Part shown: positions 25,823 through 35,789 of the stretch, one piece after another
Layout of the letters: each line of letters begins with the position of its first letter
Position numbering within the stretch: the stretch's first letter is position 1
Virus record (IMG/VR): IMGVR_UViG_3300024331_000207
Coordinates: 33,653 to 97,652 of that record
Length of the DNA: 64,000 nucleotides
Source: a virus
Taxonomy: Duplodnaviria > Caudoviricetes
Reading direction: 5' to 3' (one strand)
Position numbers and translations under genes: made by a program
The notes under the pieces: generated by a model
Database searches by the model: none
Told to the model about the DNA's origin: nothing
Seen by the model: only the letters and a program-made list of their open reading frames with translations

Positions 25823-26100
25823 TGGTCCGCATCCCCGGCTTCAGCCAGGGCAGGCCCGAGCCCCCGGACAAGACCCGGCACGCCTACGGCGGCATGGACA
25901 CCATCCATCAGACCGGCACCATCGACATCCAGGTCAGCCCCGAGGGCGAGATAGTGCGCGTCTGGTTCCGCTGCCTGAGCCTCCCGTTCACCGTGGGCCG
26001 CGTGCACGACAGCAGCGGGTACAATCCGGTCGGCACCGTGGCGGTCGAGTCGGTCACGGTCGTGGACCGCACGTCCCCGTCACTGGACGAGGGAGACTGA
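25822..26100 (+). CDS. Hypothetical protein
   Basis: TGATG overlap; YGGMDTIHQTG...VWFRC. Confidence 0.6.
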   Translation: MVRIPGFSQGRPEPPDKTRHAYGGMDTIHQTGTIDIQVSPEGEIVRVWFRCLSLPFTVGRVHDSSGYNPVGTVAVESVTVVDRTSPSLDEGD

Positions 26101-26272
26101 TGGACCGGAACGCAGGCGCAAGCATCCTGCACGGCAGGCAGGCCACGCTGATCATCACCCGCAGTGACGGCCAGGAGGAACTGGTCAACGTCGGCGACTG
26201 GACAGTTGAGTTCTCCGAAGGGCCGTTCAGCATCGGGACGCTTACGACGATCCGCACGCGGGAGATATAGCC

Positions 26273-26878
26273 ATGGCCCTGCCCGACGCCGAGTTCGCGG
26301 CGCTCGCCACCCACAAGGCGGCCCCGTTCGCGCCCGGCTACCCCGCCTCGGCGCTCACCTTCTACTCCCCGGTCGACGAGGTGCACGCGGTACTCGCTGA
26401 GCTGGTCGCTTCAGCATCCAAGTCGCTGGTCGTGGCCATGTACGGCTTCGACGACGACGACCTGGCCACGGCGATCCACGGCAAGCTGGACGACCCCGGC
26501 ATCTTCGTGCAGCTGTCCCTGGACTCCAGCCAGGCGGGCGGCGTGCACGAGAAGGCGCTGCTCGCCAAGAACAACTACCCGGCCAACTCTCTCGCGATCG
26601 GGCGCAGCGAGAAGGGCGCCATCATGCATCAAAAGCTCGTCATCGTCGACGGGCTGGACATCGTGACAGGCAGCACCAACTGGTCCGCGGGCGGCGAGTC
26701 GAAGCAGGACAACCAGCTGACGGTGATCCGCGACCCGTTCGTGGCTGCCGAGGCGCGCGCCCGCATCGACGTGATCCACACGAACATGCTCCAGCAGATG
26801 GCGGCGGCCGCGGCGAAGGCAGCCGGCCGGGCGGCGCCGCCGACCATGGCCCAGATCCACGCGGCGATGACCGCGTGA
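26273..26878 (+). CDS. Single-HKD phospholipase D family protein (Nuc-like)
   Basis: [10 protein letters not shown]...TGSTNWS...QDN. Confidence 0.9.
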   Translation: MALPDAEFAALATHKAAPFAPGYPASALTFYSPVDEVHAVLAELVASASKSLVVAMYGFDDDDLATAIHGKLDDPGIFVQLSLDSSQAGGVHEKALLAKNNYPANSLAIGRSEKGAIMHQKLVIVDGLDIVTGSTNWSAGGESKQDNQLTVIRDPFVAAEARARIDVIHTNMLQQMAAAAAKAAGRAAPPTMAQIHAAMTA

Positions 26879-27579
26879 AGCCCCCCGTCCACTACTACCA
26901 CGCCTTCGCCGGCGGCCCCTGGCCACAGCCAGCGGGCGAGCACGCGGCTGCGCTGCGGGCGGCGAAGTTCCACGGCGACATCACCGTGGGGGTGGTCGGC
27001 GACCCGGCCGACCGCAGCGCCCTGCGCGGCGTGCTGAAGGAGACGATGGCCTGGCCCTGCCTGCCCGTCTTCCTGGAATGGGACGCAGGCTATGAGCAGC
27101 TGACACTCAGCGCGATGCGGCAGTGGGCGCGGGATGCTCCCGCGGACACCCCCGTGCTGTACTGCCACACCAAGGGGACCTTCGACAACTCCGAGTGGAA
27201 CGCGATGTGGCGGCGCTCCATGACCCACCACGTCGTCGGCCGCTGGAGGGAGTGCGTCCGCCTCCTGGAGGACGGCTATGACACGGTCGGCTGCCACTGG
27301 CTGACGCCCGAGCGGGACGCCGGACCGGCCCGGCCGGTCACCACCCCGATGTACGGCGGCAACTTCTGGTGGGCCACTAGCCAGTACCTCGCCACCCTGC
27401 CGGAGCCAGGCACCGAATACAGGCACCAGGCCGAGGAGTGGGTCGGCCTGAACGGCCCGAAGGCGTACGACCTGCTGCCCGGCTGGCCGACGCCGGACCT
27501 GTGCGGCCCCTACGCCGAAGGGCCCGAGTCCTGTTCCTGCCCCCGCTGCCGCGCGGTGCGCAAGTCCGTCCGGTCCTAG
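26875..27579 (+). CDS. Putative glycosyltransferase-like phage protein
   Basis: YEQLTL, LYCHTKG, WRRSM, GNFWWA and RHQAEEWVG motifs of an uncharacterised family seen in viral glycan clusters; function inferred. Confidence 0.5.
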   Translation: MKPPVHYYHAFAGGPWPQPAGEHAAALRAAKFHGDITVGVVGDPADRSALRGVLKETMAWPCLPVFLEWDAGYEQLTLSAMRQWARDAPADTPVLYCHTKGTFDNSEWNAMWRRSMTHHVVGRWRECVRLLEDGYDTVGCHWLTPERDAGPARPVTTPMYGGNFWWATSQYLATLPEPGTEYRHQAEEWVGLNGPKAYDLLPGWPTPDLCGPYAEGPESCSCPRCRAVRKSVRS

Positions 27580-28016
27580 TCGCACGGGCGGTGGCCATGA
27601 CTGAGGAACCACTTGTTCGCTTTGACGAACCTGCCGTCAGGCCAGAAGCCCCAGGGCCGGAAGATGCGCCCAGTCACCAGCAGCGTCCAGGCGCCGTCCC
27701 CGTCCGGCACCACGGCGTGCCGGTGCAGCGCCGGCCGGAACCGCACCACGGGGGCGCACAGATGCTCGTCGCCTTCCGGGCTGGTATCGGTATAGCCGCC
27801 GCGGAGCACGAAAGTCAGGAACCACCAGGGATGGTCATGGGGGGCACGAGTGTCATCGGGACCGGTCCAGTGGTGGACGCGGACTGACGCCCAGGGAGTC
27901 TCGGCGATCCACCTGACGACGTACGGGCATTCGTCCAGCCCCAGGGGCTCGGCCCAGGCGAACCGGAACTTGCCCTTTCCCGAGCCTTTGGTACGGGAGG
28001 GTGCCTGCGGAATCAC
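27576..28016 (-). CDS. Cupin-fold protein
   Basis: PHDHPWWF.TFVL.GGY...HRHAV. Confidence 0.75.
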   Translation of the reverse strand: MIPQAPSRTKGSGKGKFRFAWAEPLGLDECPYVVRWIAETPWASVRVHHWTGPDDTRAPHDHPWWFLTFVLRGGYTDTSPEGDEHLCAPVVRFRPALHRHAVVPDGDGAWTLLVTGRIFRPWGFWPDGRFVKANKWFLSHGHRPCD

Positions 28017-28390
28017 TCACCCACCTCCGTCGTATCAGGACGGCGCTCTTGACCGCTATGAGCTACTCCCGTTTGTTCAGTATACGCTACTGCGGCTGCG
28101 GGCGGGTTCTGCTCCATGTGGTCGGCCAGCAGGGCGGTCGTCAGGAACGAGAAGGCGGACGTCAGCAGCGGGATCATCAGCACCATGCTGACCTCGCCCA
28201 GGATGAAATCCTCGGGGCTGGTCATCGGCAGGTCGCAGCCCGCCGTGGTGGCAAAACCGGTGGCGCAGTAGACCCCGTGCCAGGTGCTCACGTGGTGCGC
28301 GAACCCGGTCAGCACGCCCATGAACACGATCGCCAGCAGCGTCGCGAGGAGCACGTACAGCGCCCGGTGGTGGTGCTTGTTAAGTGCCAC
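28013..28390 (-). CDS. KcsA-like 2-TM/pore-loop ion channel with a variant filter
   Basis: TM1, pore helix WHGVYCATGF, ATTAGCD (vs ATTVGYGD), TM2. Confidence 0.65.
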   Translation of the reverse strand: MALNKHHHRALYVLLATLLAIVFMGVLTGFAHHVSTWHGVYCATGFATTAGCDLPMTSPEDFILGEVSMVLMIPLLTSAFSFLTTALLADHMEQNPPAAAVAYTEQTGVAHSGQERRPDTTEVGE

Positions 28391-28655
28391 CCGCCTCGCC
28401 CTCCAGCTCCCGGACCGTCTCCGCCGCCACCTCCCGGGCGACCTCCGCCGCCACCTCCCGGGCGACCTCCGCCGCCACCTCCCGGGCATAGACAAACACG
28501 TGCAGCAGCCACGCCCCGGCCAGCACGTGCGCCAGCAGCGGGCGCCTGCGGCACACCTCCGTCAGCTTGGGCCGCCCCGTCAGGTACGCGGCAGCCTCGT
28601 AGCCGACGATCGCGGCCAGCAGGCTGCCCGTGGCGATGTCGGCGCGGCTGGTCAC
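28380..28655 (-). CDS. Small membrane protein with a 24-bp tandem repeat
   Basis: Two hydrophobic segments; (AREVAAEV) about three times. Confidence 0.6.
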   Translation of the reverse strand: MTSRADIATGSLLAAIVGYEAAAYLTGRPKLTEVCRRRPLLAHVLAGAWLLHVFVYAREVAAEVAREVAAEVAREVAAETVRELEGEAGGT

Positions 28656-29053
28656 TGCCGGTCCAGCGCGTTCGAGATGTGCGCGAGGTGATCGCAGATC
28701 TCCTCAAGCAGGTCGTGATCGGTGCGCCCGAGCGCCCGGCTCGGCACCGACGCCGCGTGCTTGCTGCACCACGGCGTCCCGTCGACGCGGTGCTTGCCCA
28801 GGCGCCAGCAGCCCGGGGCATGGCAGTTGTGCAAATGCCAGAGGCCGAACACCGAGCCGAACAGCGAGATCACCGTCAGCGCCGGGAGAATCCCCGACCA
28901 CATCTGGTAGGTCCAGGGGGTCGACGAACTCTCCGGGTACGGGTGCACGCCTAGCCCGTAAAGCCAGCCCCACGGGTGGGCGGCGATGCTCCAGATGACG
29001 GCTGCCAGCGCCAGCGCCGCGACGCCGTGCGGCAGTTTGCGGATTACCCCCAT
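28652..29053 (-). CDS. Membrane protein with a Cys/His cytoplasmic motif
   Basis: 2 TM, YQMWSG, HNCHAPGCWRLG...CSKH; CATACT-N7-ATG. Confidence 0.7.
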   Translation of the reverse strand: MGVIRKLPHGVAALALAAVIWSIAAHPWGWLYGLGVHPYPESSSTPWTYQMWSGILPALTVISLFGSVFGLWHLHNCHAPGCWRLGKHRVDGTPWCSKHAASVPSRALGRTDHDLLEEICDHLAHISNALDRQ

Positions 29054-29091
29054 GTAATTCAGTATGCATGTGCAGCGACAGCGACTGAGCG

Positions 29092-29721
29092 CTATTGCCC
29101 CGTGTCGTAGAGCCCCAGTTCCTCAGACAGCTGCACCAGGTCATCGGCCGCCTGACGCTCCTCGTCGCCCGCCCCGGCCGGCGGAACAAAACCCCAGCAC
29201 AAGCACCCGGCGACGCCCGCCACGCCGAACTCGTCGGCGACCTCGGTCACGCCGAAGCCGGGGTTGCCGGTGTGCGGCCCGCGGCCGTAATCATGGAACG
29301 CGATCCAGCCACCCGGCTTCACGATCCGCAGTGCGAGGGCCAGGTCCCGGCGCACCGAATCGGAATCGTGCTGGGCGTCGATGAACGCTCCGTCGGTGAC
29401 GACGCCCTCGGCCGCCAGCCGGGGGAGCACGTCTTCGAACCTGCCGACCTCGACGCGCACCCGGTCGGTCACGCCGTAGCGCCACAGGTTCGCCCTGAAC
29501 TCCGGCTCTGAATTTGATTGCCCGGCGTGCACGTCGCCGGCGTGCCAGTCAACGCTAATCACGTGCTCCGCGACGCTGGCCAAGACTACTGTTGAGTAGC
29601 CAAAGTGGGCACCCATTTCCAAGACCACTTGGCCTTCCGCCAGCCTGGCCAGAGCCCGGGACTCTGCGGGCGTGACCGCTGACGTGATCGGCGGCATCTG
29701 CAGCTGCCTTGGCTCTGTCAC
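29092..29721 (-). CDS. Class I SAM methyltransferase (Methyltransf_24-like)
   Basis: VLEMGAHFGYST, FIDAQH, PGGWIAFHDY. Confidence 0.9.
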   Translation of the reverse strand: MTEPRQLQMPPITSAVTPAESRALARLAEGQVVLEMGAHFGYSTVVLASVAEHVISVDWHAGDVHAGQSNSEPEFRANLWRYGVTDRVRVEVGRFEDVLPRLAAEGVVTDGAFIDAQHDSDSVRRDLALALRIVKPGGWIAFHDYGRGPHTGNPGFGVTEVADEFGVAGVAGCLCWGFVPPAGAGDEERQAADDLVQLSEELGLYDTGQ

Positions 29722-30281
29722 TTCACGTGCCTCCAGGTCTCGCCGTGAACCGCGTACCACATGCCCTGCTGGCTCACGCCGAACTCTTTCGCCAGCGACG
29801 CCGTATCGCCATCACCTGCAGCGTAGCGCACCCTGCACTCGCGCACGATTTCCTCGGTCAGCTTCGCGCTAGCCACTTGGGTTCCGCGCTGCATGGTGCC
29901 ATCGCGATACTTATCCATGATGTTCTCGATCCGGCTGCCGTAGCACAAATTGACCAGCCGGTTGTCCCGCTGTCCGCCCGGCCCGTGGCGCCCCTCCTGC
30001 CCCGGCGGCCGCGGGCCGACAAAGGCCCCGAGCACGAGCACGTGGATGTGGCATGTCCGCCCTATCCGGCACTCGCCGTCATTTCGGCGGAGCGTCACTT
30101 GCAGGTACCCCGCCTTGCCTAGCACTGGAGACAAGAGCCGCCCGCGCTGCAGCCGGAGGTTTCCGTAGCTATGCCGAACCATGCGGTCCAGGCTGCGTAC
30201 GCGGCCGAGGTCGCTGACTTGATAGACCTCGGCGAACTCGGGGACGGGCACCGGCAGCCAGCGTTCGATAGCATCGTTCAC
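29718..30281 (-). CDS. NUMOD4-HNH homing endonuclease
   Basis: ERWLPV...YQVSDLGRVRS; HVLVLGAFVGPRP...RH...DNRLVNL.YG...EN..D. Confidence 0.9.
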   Translation of the reverse strand: MNDAIERWLPVPVPEFAEVYQVSDLGRVRSLDRMVRHSYGNLRLQRGRLLSPVLGKAGYLQVTLRRNDGECRIGRTCHIHVLVLGAFVGPRPPGQEGRHGPGGQRDNRLVNLCYGSRIENIMDKYRDGTMQRGTQVASAKLTEEIVRECRVRYAAGDGDTASLAKEFGVSQQGMWYAVHGETWRHVK

Positions 30282-30336
30282 GTCGAGCCTGCTTCCTCAG
30301 GTCCGGCCGGCCCCGGGGTGCTCGCAGCACACGATC

Positions 30337-31005
30337 CTAGTTTCCCCAGCAGGACGGCGCGCCGACAGTCCAGAAACTAATCCCCGTCTGGATGTGCGCA
30401 TAGTAATAGGCCACGTCTTCGGGCAGGTTCGACGGATCTTCATACCACGCCAGGTGCCGGGCGAGATAGGGGGAGCCTGACCGGTAACCGCCCAGGCTGT
30501 GCCCGTCGGAACCCCGCAGTGCACGATTCACCGCAATTGTTGTGTCCGTCCCCGCCTCGAACACGCCGTCGGCCACCTGTCGCTGCCAGTACTGCTGCTC
30601 CCACTCCAGCACCTGCCTTTTGCGCGGATAGTGGTCCGGCAGGTCGTCGACGCGCAGCCCCAGGCCGACCTTCGGCTGATTGTGCGCGTACACCAGGTTC
30701 TCCAGGTGCTGCGGCCAGTCCAGTGGGCAGCCCTCATCCGGGATCACGTCAGGATCGGTCACCACGTACGGCCCGTCGGCTGCCGCTTCGCGGAACTGCG
30801 GCCGGCCCCACAGGTCCCGCGGGTTCCCGCCGCCGTGATACCAGACGGGGATGCCGTCGCGTTCGCAGTCGTGCAGCCAGTCGACCGCCCCGGGATAGGT
30901 GCTGCCGTGGTCGACGATGGTCACGTCGAGGCCAGCCGTCCACAGCGCCGCGCAGCAGGGGATCGCGTAGGAAATCCTGTCCCTGAAGATCACAAACGCC
31001 CTCAC
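30337..31005 (-). CDS. GT-A (family 2-like) glycosyltransferase
   Basis: IVDHGSTYP; YVVTDPD (DxD). Confidence 0.8.
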   Translation of the reverse strand: MRAFVIFRDRISYAIPCCAALWTAGLDVTIVDHGSTYPGAVDWLHDCERDGIPVWYHGGGNPRDLWGRPQFREAAADGPYVVTDPDVIPDEGCPLDWPQHLENLVYAHNQPKVGLGLRVDDLPDHYPRKRQVLEWEQQYWQRQVADGVFEAGTDTTIAVNRALRGSDGHSLGGYRSGSPYLARHLAWYEDPSNLPEDVAYYYAHIQTGISFWTVGAPSCWGN

Positions 31006-31437
31006 CGGCGCTCCCCGAAATGGTCGCGGTCCCAGCCGTAGATCCGCCGTACCTCATTGCCGTCCCACTCCTGGCTGGTCACGCGGAAGCGCGATCCGTC
31101 CGGCGGAGGCGGGACCCACCACTCCGTCCAGTAGCCATACGGGTCGTCTTCGGCGCCGACGCGCTCACGCAGTACCAGCTTCCCGATCCTGCTCACCCGA
31201 AGCTCACCTGCCCTCCGACACAGGCATCGCTGCGCTCGGCAATTGCCCGCAGCAGCAGGCCGGCGAACCCCGGCGGGTCCTCGTGGTGACGGTTGCCGAT
31301 GCAGCGCCCGCACAGCATGACGCCCTCGCCGATCGCGGCGGGCTCTACCGTGCGGCCATCCGGTGCCGGCCAGCTGTCCAGGGCCGAGCTACAGCAGGGG
31401 CAGACGCCGGCCGCCCAGGCCTGGTAGACCCCCGCAG

Positions 31438-32628
31438 TCATCTCCGGACCACCTCGAACTCCGGCAGGGGGAAGATCATGCGGCCGCCCTTGTCAAGGAA
31501 GCCTGACTCGCGCTCGATGAAACCGGCCCGGAGGAACCACGGGGCTACCAGCAGGTTCGAGGGCGGCTCAGCGCGCATCTCGTCCTCGGAAATGATCGGC
31601 AATCCAGTGGACGCCATTATCTTCCCGACCTTGGCCTGCTGGCGGTCCACAGCGCACTCCACCAGCGGCTGCGATGCGCCGATGATCTGCAACATCGTGC
31701 CGCCGCGGGTGCTGGCCCCGTACACCATCGTCGTCTCGCCGCGGCCCGCCGCGTGCTCCAGGTAGTCGCGCGTCCGGCGCAGCTCACTGTGCACGTCCAG
31801 GTTCCACCGGGCCCAGGTGACCGGCTCGTCGGCGTAAGACATCTGTTCCCTGTGCTTGGCCACCGCGACCGACGGCTGCACCCGGTACTTGCCGGCCCGG
31901 GCAATCGCGGCGCGCATGACGCCGCCCTTCATGCCGTGGTGCGAAACGTCGAAGACCTCCATGCCGTGCCAGCCGAGCAGCCGGTCCAGCGTGGTCACCG
32001 TGAAATAGGTGAGGTGCTCATGGCACACGTTGTCGATCGTGTTGTTCTCCAGCATGCCCAGCGCGGAATTCATCTGGACACACCAAACGCCATCGGCCGC
32101 CAGCACCTGCCGGACCGCGCGCACGAACTCGCCCGGCTGTTCCAGGTCGTAGAACATCGCCGCCGAGGTGACCACGTCGAACTCGCCGGCATAGTAGTAC
32201 TGCGGGCTGAAGTAGGCCACGTCGATCCGGTCGGCCTTCTCCCGCGCCATGTCCGAGAACTGGCCCAGCGGGTCAATCCCGGCCCGGTAGACGTGCAGCG
32301 GCACCTCGCCCAGCAGCGTCCCGTCGTTGCTGCCGATGTCCAGCCACCGCTTCGCGTCCGGCTTCAGCTTCAGCGCGTACTGCGCGATGTCCCGCAGGTC
32401 CGCGACGACGGCCTCGTTCACGCCGGAGCGGAAGCCGTACCGATCATGGAAGACCGCGTCGCGCGCAATGAAGTCGCCCAGCTGCAGGAGATGGCAGCCG
32501 GTGCACAGCACCAGCGCCAGCGGGCTCCGCTGGCGCTGGTGCCCCGGCTCGATGAAGTCGGTGACGAACTGCCGGCCGAGATCCACGACCTGCTCGGTCT
32601 CCGCCGAGCACGCACAGCAGCGGCTCAC
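31438..32628 (-). CDS. NDP-hexose C-methyltransferase (C3'-methyltransferase type)
   Basis: N-terminal CxxC...CxxC zinc site, LDIGSNDGTLL, CHEHLTYF, YGASTRG, PWF...FPLP. Confidence 0.9.
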   Translation of the reverse strand: MSRCCACSAETEQVVDLGRQFVTDFIEPGHQRQRSPLALVLCTGCHLLQLGDFIARDAVFHDRYGFRSGVNEAVVADLRDIAQYALKLKPDAKRWLDIGSNDGTLLGEVPLHVYRAGIDPLGQFSDMAREKADRIDVAYFSPQYYYAGEFDVVTSAAMFYDLEQPGEFVRAVRQVLAADGVWCVQMNSALGMLENNTIDNVCHEHLTYFTVTTLDRLLGWHGMEVFDVSHHGMKGGVMRAAIARAGKYRVQPSVAVAKHREQMSYADEPVTWARWNLDVHSELRRTRDYLEHAAGRGETTMVYGASTRGGTMLQIIGASQPLVECAVDRQQAKVGKIMASTGLPIISEDEMRAEPPSNLLVAPWFLRAGFIERESGFLDKGGRMIFPLPEFEVVRR

Positions 32629-32821
32629 TGGGCCTCCGGGTTGTACTCCCAGTGCGGCTGCGTGGCCGCATTCAGCGTCTGGTGGCTGCGCGGATCGTGC
32701 GCGGGGTTGTCATACACGATGCTCTTGATTCCCGGGCGCACCCGCCGCGCGACCCACGGGCCGGCGGGGCGCAGGTGCTCAGGGTCCTCGTAGAACGCAG
32801 CGGCGTCATCGTCGGCCTTGC

Positions 32822-33538
32822 TCATGCCCTCTCCTCGTGCAGCTTGCGCAGCGTGGCGGTGTCCTCCGCGCGCCAGCTGCTGTACGGCTCGGCATAGAAC
32901 GCCATCCCGCCGCAGTTGGAGGCGCGCCAGGCGTCGCCGCCCTCCTTGTGCGTCAGGTCGTCGTTCAGCCCGTTGATGTCCGCCCGGTCCTGCCGGACGA
33001 AGATTCCGGGGTGGGTGAGTATGCCGGCATCCCGGCCGGCATACTCCAGCCAAGTGTCAATCGCCGGCAGCGGGCACAGCCGGCCCAGCGCCGCCAGCGC
33101 GTCCATGTGCACCGACGGGAAGCAGGTCAGCCCCGGATAGTTGCCGTCGAGGTAGCCGATCGTGCCCCACGGCTGCGCGCGGATCAGGTCATCCCACCCT
33201 TGCGTGCACATTACCGCGTCGTCGCTCCACGTCGGCAGCGCCCATTCGCCGCGCGCGTAGCCGAGCAGCGCCGCCCAGTAGTTCGCGCTGCCCGCGTAGC
33301 CGTACCGCTCGGGCGCCTCCCAGGTGACGTTCACGTGCAGGGACTGCGCGGTCCGCGCCGTCTCCGGATCGTCAGGGTCGTAGGCGACCAGGATCTCCAG
33401 GAGATTCACGTCGGCAGCCGTCTCCCGCAGCGACTGGACGGAATCCCGTAGCGCCTTCGGGCGGCCGCGGGACGGCACCGTCACCGAGATCATCCCCGGC
33501 ACGCGCCTGGCTGCGGGCAGCAGCTCCAGGGGGATCAC
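32822..33538 (-). CDS. GT-A glycosyltransferase
   Basis: ISVTVPSRGRP, AYDPDD, WSDD...GWD. Confidence 0.8.
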   Translation of the reverse strand: MIPLELLPAARRVPGMISVTVPSRGRPKALRDSVQSLRETAADVNLLEILVAYDPDDPETARTAQSLHVNVTWEAPERYGYAGSANYWAALLGYARGEWALPTWSDDAVMCTQGWDDLIRAQPWGTIGYLDGNYPGLTCFPSVHMDALAALGRLCPLPAIDTWLEYAGRDAGILTHPGIFVRQDRADINGLNDDLTHKEGGDAWRASNCGGMAFYAEPYSSWRAEDTATLRKLHEERA

Positions 33539-33777
33539 GCGGCCCCGGCCTTCCGTGCGGTCGCGGCGTCCTCCATGCGCGCGATCTTCGCGTCGAGGTA
33601 GTCGCGGGCCCGGCGCAGGTCGCCGAGATAATCGCCGCGCTGCCTGGCGCACAGAATGTAGCGCACGGCATTGCCGGTGTAGAAGTCGAGGCCGAAGCTG
33701 TCGACCACGTCGTAGGCGGTCATCCCGCCGTCGCCGGTGTAGTGGTCCCGGGTGACGCCCGCGCGGCCGTCACTCAC
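33535..33777 (-). CDS. DUF3310-like protein
   Basis: HY...FYTGNAVRYI...DLRRARDYL. Confidence 0.75.
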   Translation of the reverse strand: MSDGRAGVTRDHYTGDGGMTAYDVVDSFGLDFYTGNAVRYILCARQRGDYLGDLRRARDYLDAKIARMEDAATARKAGAA

Positions 33778-34430
33778 CGCTTGGGCCTCGTGCGCGGCGT
33801 GCGCCCCTTGCCGGCCGACGGTATGCGGATGACCCCGAGGCCGAACAGGCCCTCCCCGCTCTGCCGGTTGGCCCACGACAGGCCGTGCTTCTCGCAGTAG
33901 TCGTCCATGGCGCGGGCGACCTCGCCTTCCACCCGCGGCGTGGGCAGGAACTCGCGGCCGCCGGGCGGGCCGGAAATGCACTGCGTGTCGTGCTGCAGCA
34001 CCACTCCGCCGGGCCTGACCCGGGGGACGTAGGCCTCCAGCTCGGCCAGCGTTTGCTCGTACGTGTGCGATGTATCCGCGAACAGCACGTCGATCTCCGC
34101 CGGCATCTGCGCGAGGACTGCGTCGCTGACCGAGTCTCCTATGATGAACGTCCACGCCGGGATGCCATCCCACTCCGGGGGGTGGTCCCAGTCGCCGCCC
34201 TTGCCAGGCGGCTCCAGGTCGCAGCTCCACAGGTGACCGCCGTTCAGCTGCACTGCCGACAGCAGCGCGCAGGTGGAGTTGCCGCCCCTCACGCCCAGCT
34301 CCACAACCCGGGGATTGCGGTAGCCGAGCACGGTGTCGTGAAGGAACTGCATATGGTCGATGATGTCGTTCCAGCGGCCCTCGGGCGGCGGGATGATCCG
34401 GGCCCTGAATTCCTCAGCCGGGGACGCCAT
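33774..34430 (-). CDS. Class I SAM methyltransferase (Methyltransf_24-like)
   Basis: VELGVRGGNST, FADTSHTY, PGGVVLQHDT. Confidence 0.9.
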   Translation of the reverse strand: MASPAEEFRARIIPPPEGRWNDIIDHMQFLHDTVLGYRNPRVVELGVRGGNSTCALLSAVQLNGGHLWSCDLEPPGKGGDWDHPPEWDGIPAWTFIIGDSVSDAVLAQMPAEIDVLFADTSHTYEQTLAELEAYVPRVRPGGVVLQHDTQCISGPPGGREFLPTPRVEGEVARAMDDYCEKHGLSWANRQSGEGLFGLGVIRIPSAGKGRTPRTRPKR

Positions 34431-35424
34431 CAGTGTTCTCCTCGTACGGGTGCTCCTGGTACCAGGTCGCGGTGCGCCGGATCGTCTCCTCGAAGCTCAC
34501 CGGCTCCGGCAGGTAGCCGAGTGCGCGCAGCTTGCGGGTGTCCGGCAGCCGGCGGTTCGGCGACCCCTTCAGCAAGGTGCCGGGCACCACCTTGATCTCC
34601 CGGTTGTAGCAGGCAGCCACCTGGCGGGCGATCTGCTCCACGGTCCGCTCGTCCTGCTGTCCCAGGTGATAGATCTCAGTCCCTGCCGGGGACTTCTCCA
34701 GCACCAGCATGACCTGGTTCACGAAGTCGCCGATCCAGCACAGCGACCTGGTCTCCTGGCCGGTGCCCTGGATCGGGAAGGGAATCGGCTGCGTCACGGT
34801 GACCGTGCCGTTGTATTCGGGCATGCGGGCCAGCCGGTTCATCCGCTGCGCGAAATGCGGTACCACGTGGCCGGTACCCGCGTCCGGGCCGACGATGTTA
34901 TGCGGCCGCAGGATCATGACCCGGTCCAGCACGCCGGTCCGCTGCCACGCCACGGCCATCAGCTCGGAGATGATCTTCCCGCCCGAGTAGGAGAAGCGCG
35001 GGTTGAGCGGGTCCGGCACCACCAGCCGGGTGGTCTCCGGCGTCGGGAAGACGTCGGGGACTTCGTACGCCTCGGAGCTGGAGACCAGCATCAGCTCGCG
35101 GATGCCGGTGTTCTCGCAGGCCTGCACGACCGAGGTCATGCCGCGCACGGCCACGTCCAGCACCTGCCGCGGCTCCCCGTAGAAAACGCTCGTGCCCTGG
35201 ACGAACGCCAGGTGGATGATCGCGTCGCACCCCTGTGCTGCCTGCGTCACGTCCCAGGAGTTGCGAACGTCAGCTTCGACAGCCTCGCAGCCCAGCCCGG
35301 CAAGCCGGTCCGGCCGCCCGCGGCTGAAGTCGTCAAGGACCGTCACCTGGTGACCCTTGTCCAGCAGCGCCGCAGTAATGGCGGAGCCGAGGAACCCAGC
35401 GCCGCCGGTGCAGAGATACCTCAA
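34414..35424 (-). CDS. NAD-dependent NDP-sugar epimerase/dehydratase (extended SDR)
   Basis: TGGAGFLG, SSSEAY, YSGGK (YxxxK), RPHNIVGP; TTG start. Confidence 0.92.
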   Translation of the reverse strand: MRYLCTGGAGFLGSAITAALLDKGHQVTVLDDFSRGRPDRLAGLGCEAVEADVRNSWDVTQAAQGCDAIIHLAFVQGTSVFYGEPRQVLDVAVRGMTSVVQACENTGIRELMLVSSSEAYEVPDVFPTPETTRLVVPDPLNPRFSYSGGKIISELMAVAWQRTGVLDRVMILRPHNIVGPDAGTGHVVPHFAQRMNRLARMPEYNGTVTVTQPIPFPIQGTGQETRSLCWIGDFVNQVMLVLEKSPAGTEIYHLGQQDERTVEQIARQVAACYNREIKVVPGTLLKGSPNRRLPDTRKLRALGYLPEPVSFEETIRRTATWYQEHPYEENTDGVPG

Positions 35425-35448
35425 GCCTGCCCCCTCGCCTGGCCCGGA

Positions 35449-35480
35449 CAGGGCGGAGCCGCCCATCCGGCTCCGCCCTG
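35449..35480 (-). terminator. Hairpin upstream of the sugar cluster
   Basis: CAGGGCGGAGCCG / CGGCTCCGCCCTG 13-bp inverted repeat. Confidence 0.5.
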
Positions 35481-35537
35481 GTGCAGCGGACTGTCCCCCG
35501 GAGTGTATCGCACTGTCACCCCCGTAGACTGGCAGGA

Positions 35538-35789
35538 TCAGGAGTCGCGCTCGCCTGGCAGGTGATAATCGCCCCGGCACAGGCAGGACGTGCAGCCCAG
35601 GAGCTTGCCCTTGAGGCCGAGCTTGCGAGCCTTGGCCAGGAACAGCTTTTCCGGTATCTCCGTGCCCAGCTTCCGGTTCAGGGTCGCGTGCACGTCCCAG
35701 CGGGCACGCCAGGAAGTGCAGCCGTGCATGGGCATCGTCTCGGCGACTGCCTCCAGGAACACTTCGTCGGCGATGTCGGCGGCCTTCAC
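35538..35789 (-). CDS. Hypothetical protein
   Basis: GTGA overlap; KLLGCTSCLCRGDY. Confidence 0.6.
   Translation of the reverse strand: MKAADIADEVFLEAVAETMPMHGCTSWRARWDVHATLNRKLGTEIPEKLFLAKARKLGLKGKLLGCTSCLCRGDYHLPGERDS

Noticed and set aside
28419-28490. 24-bp tandem repeat as a mini-CRISPR
   Set aside because: No spacers; it is an in-frame AREVAAEV repeat inside a gene.
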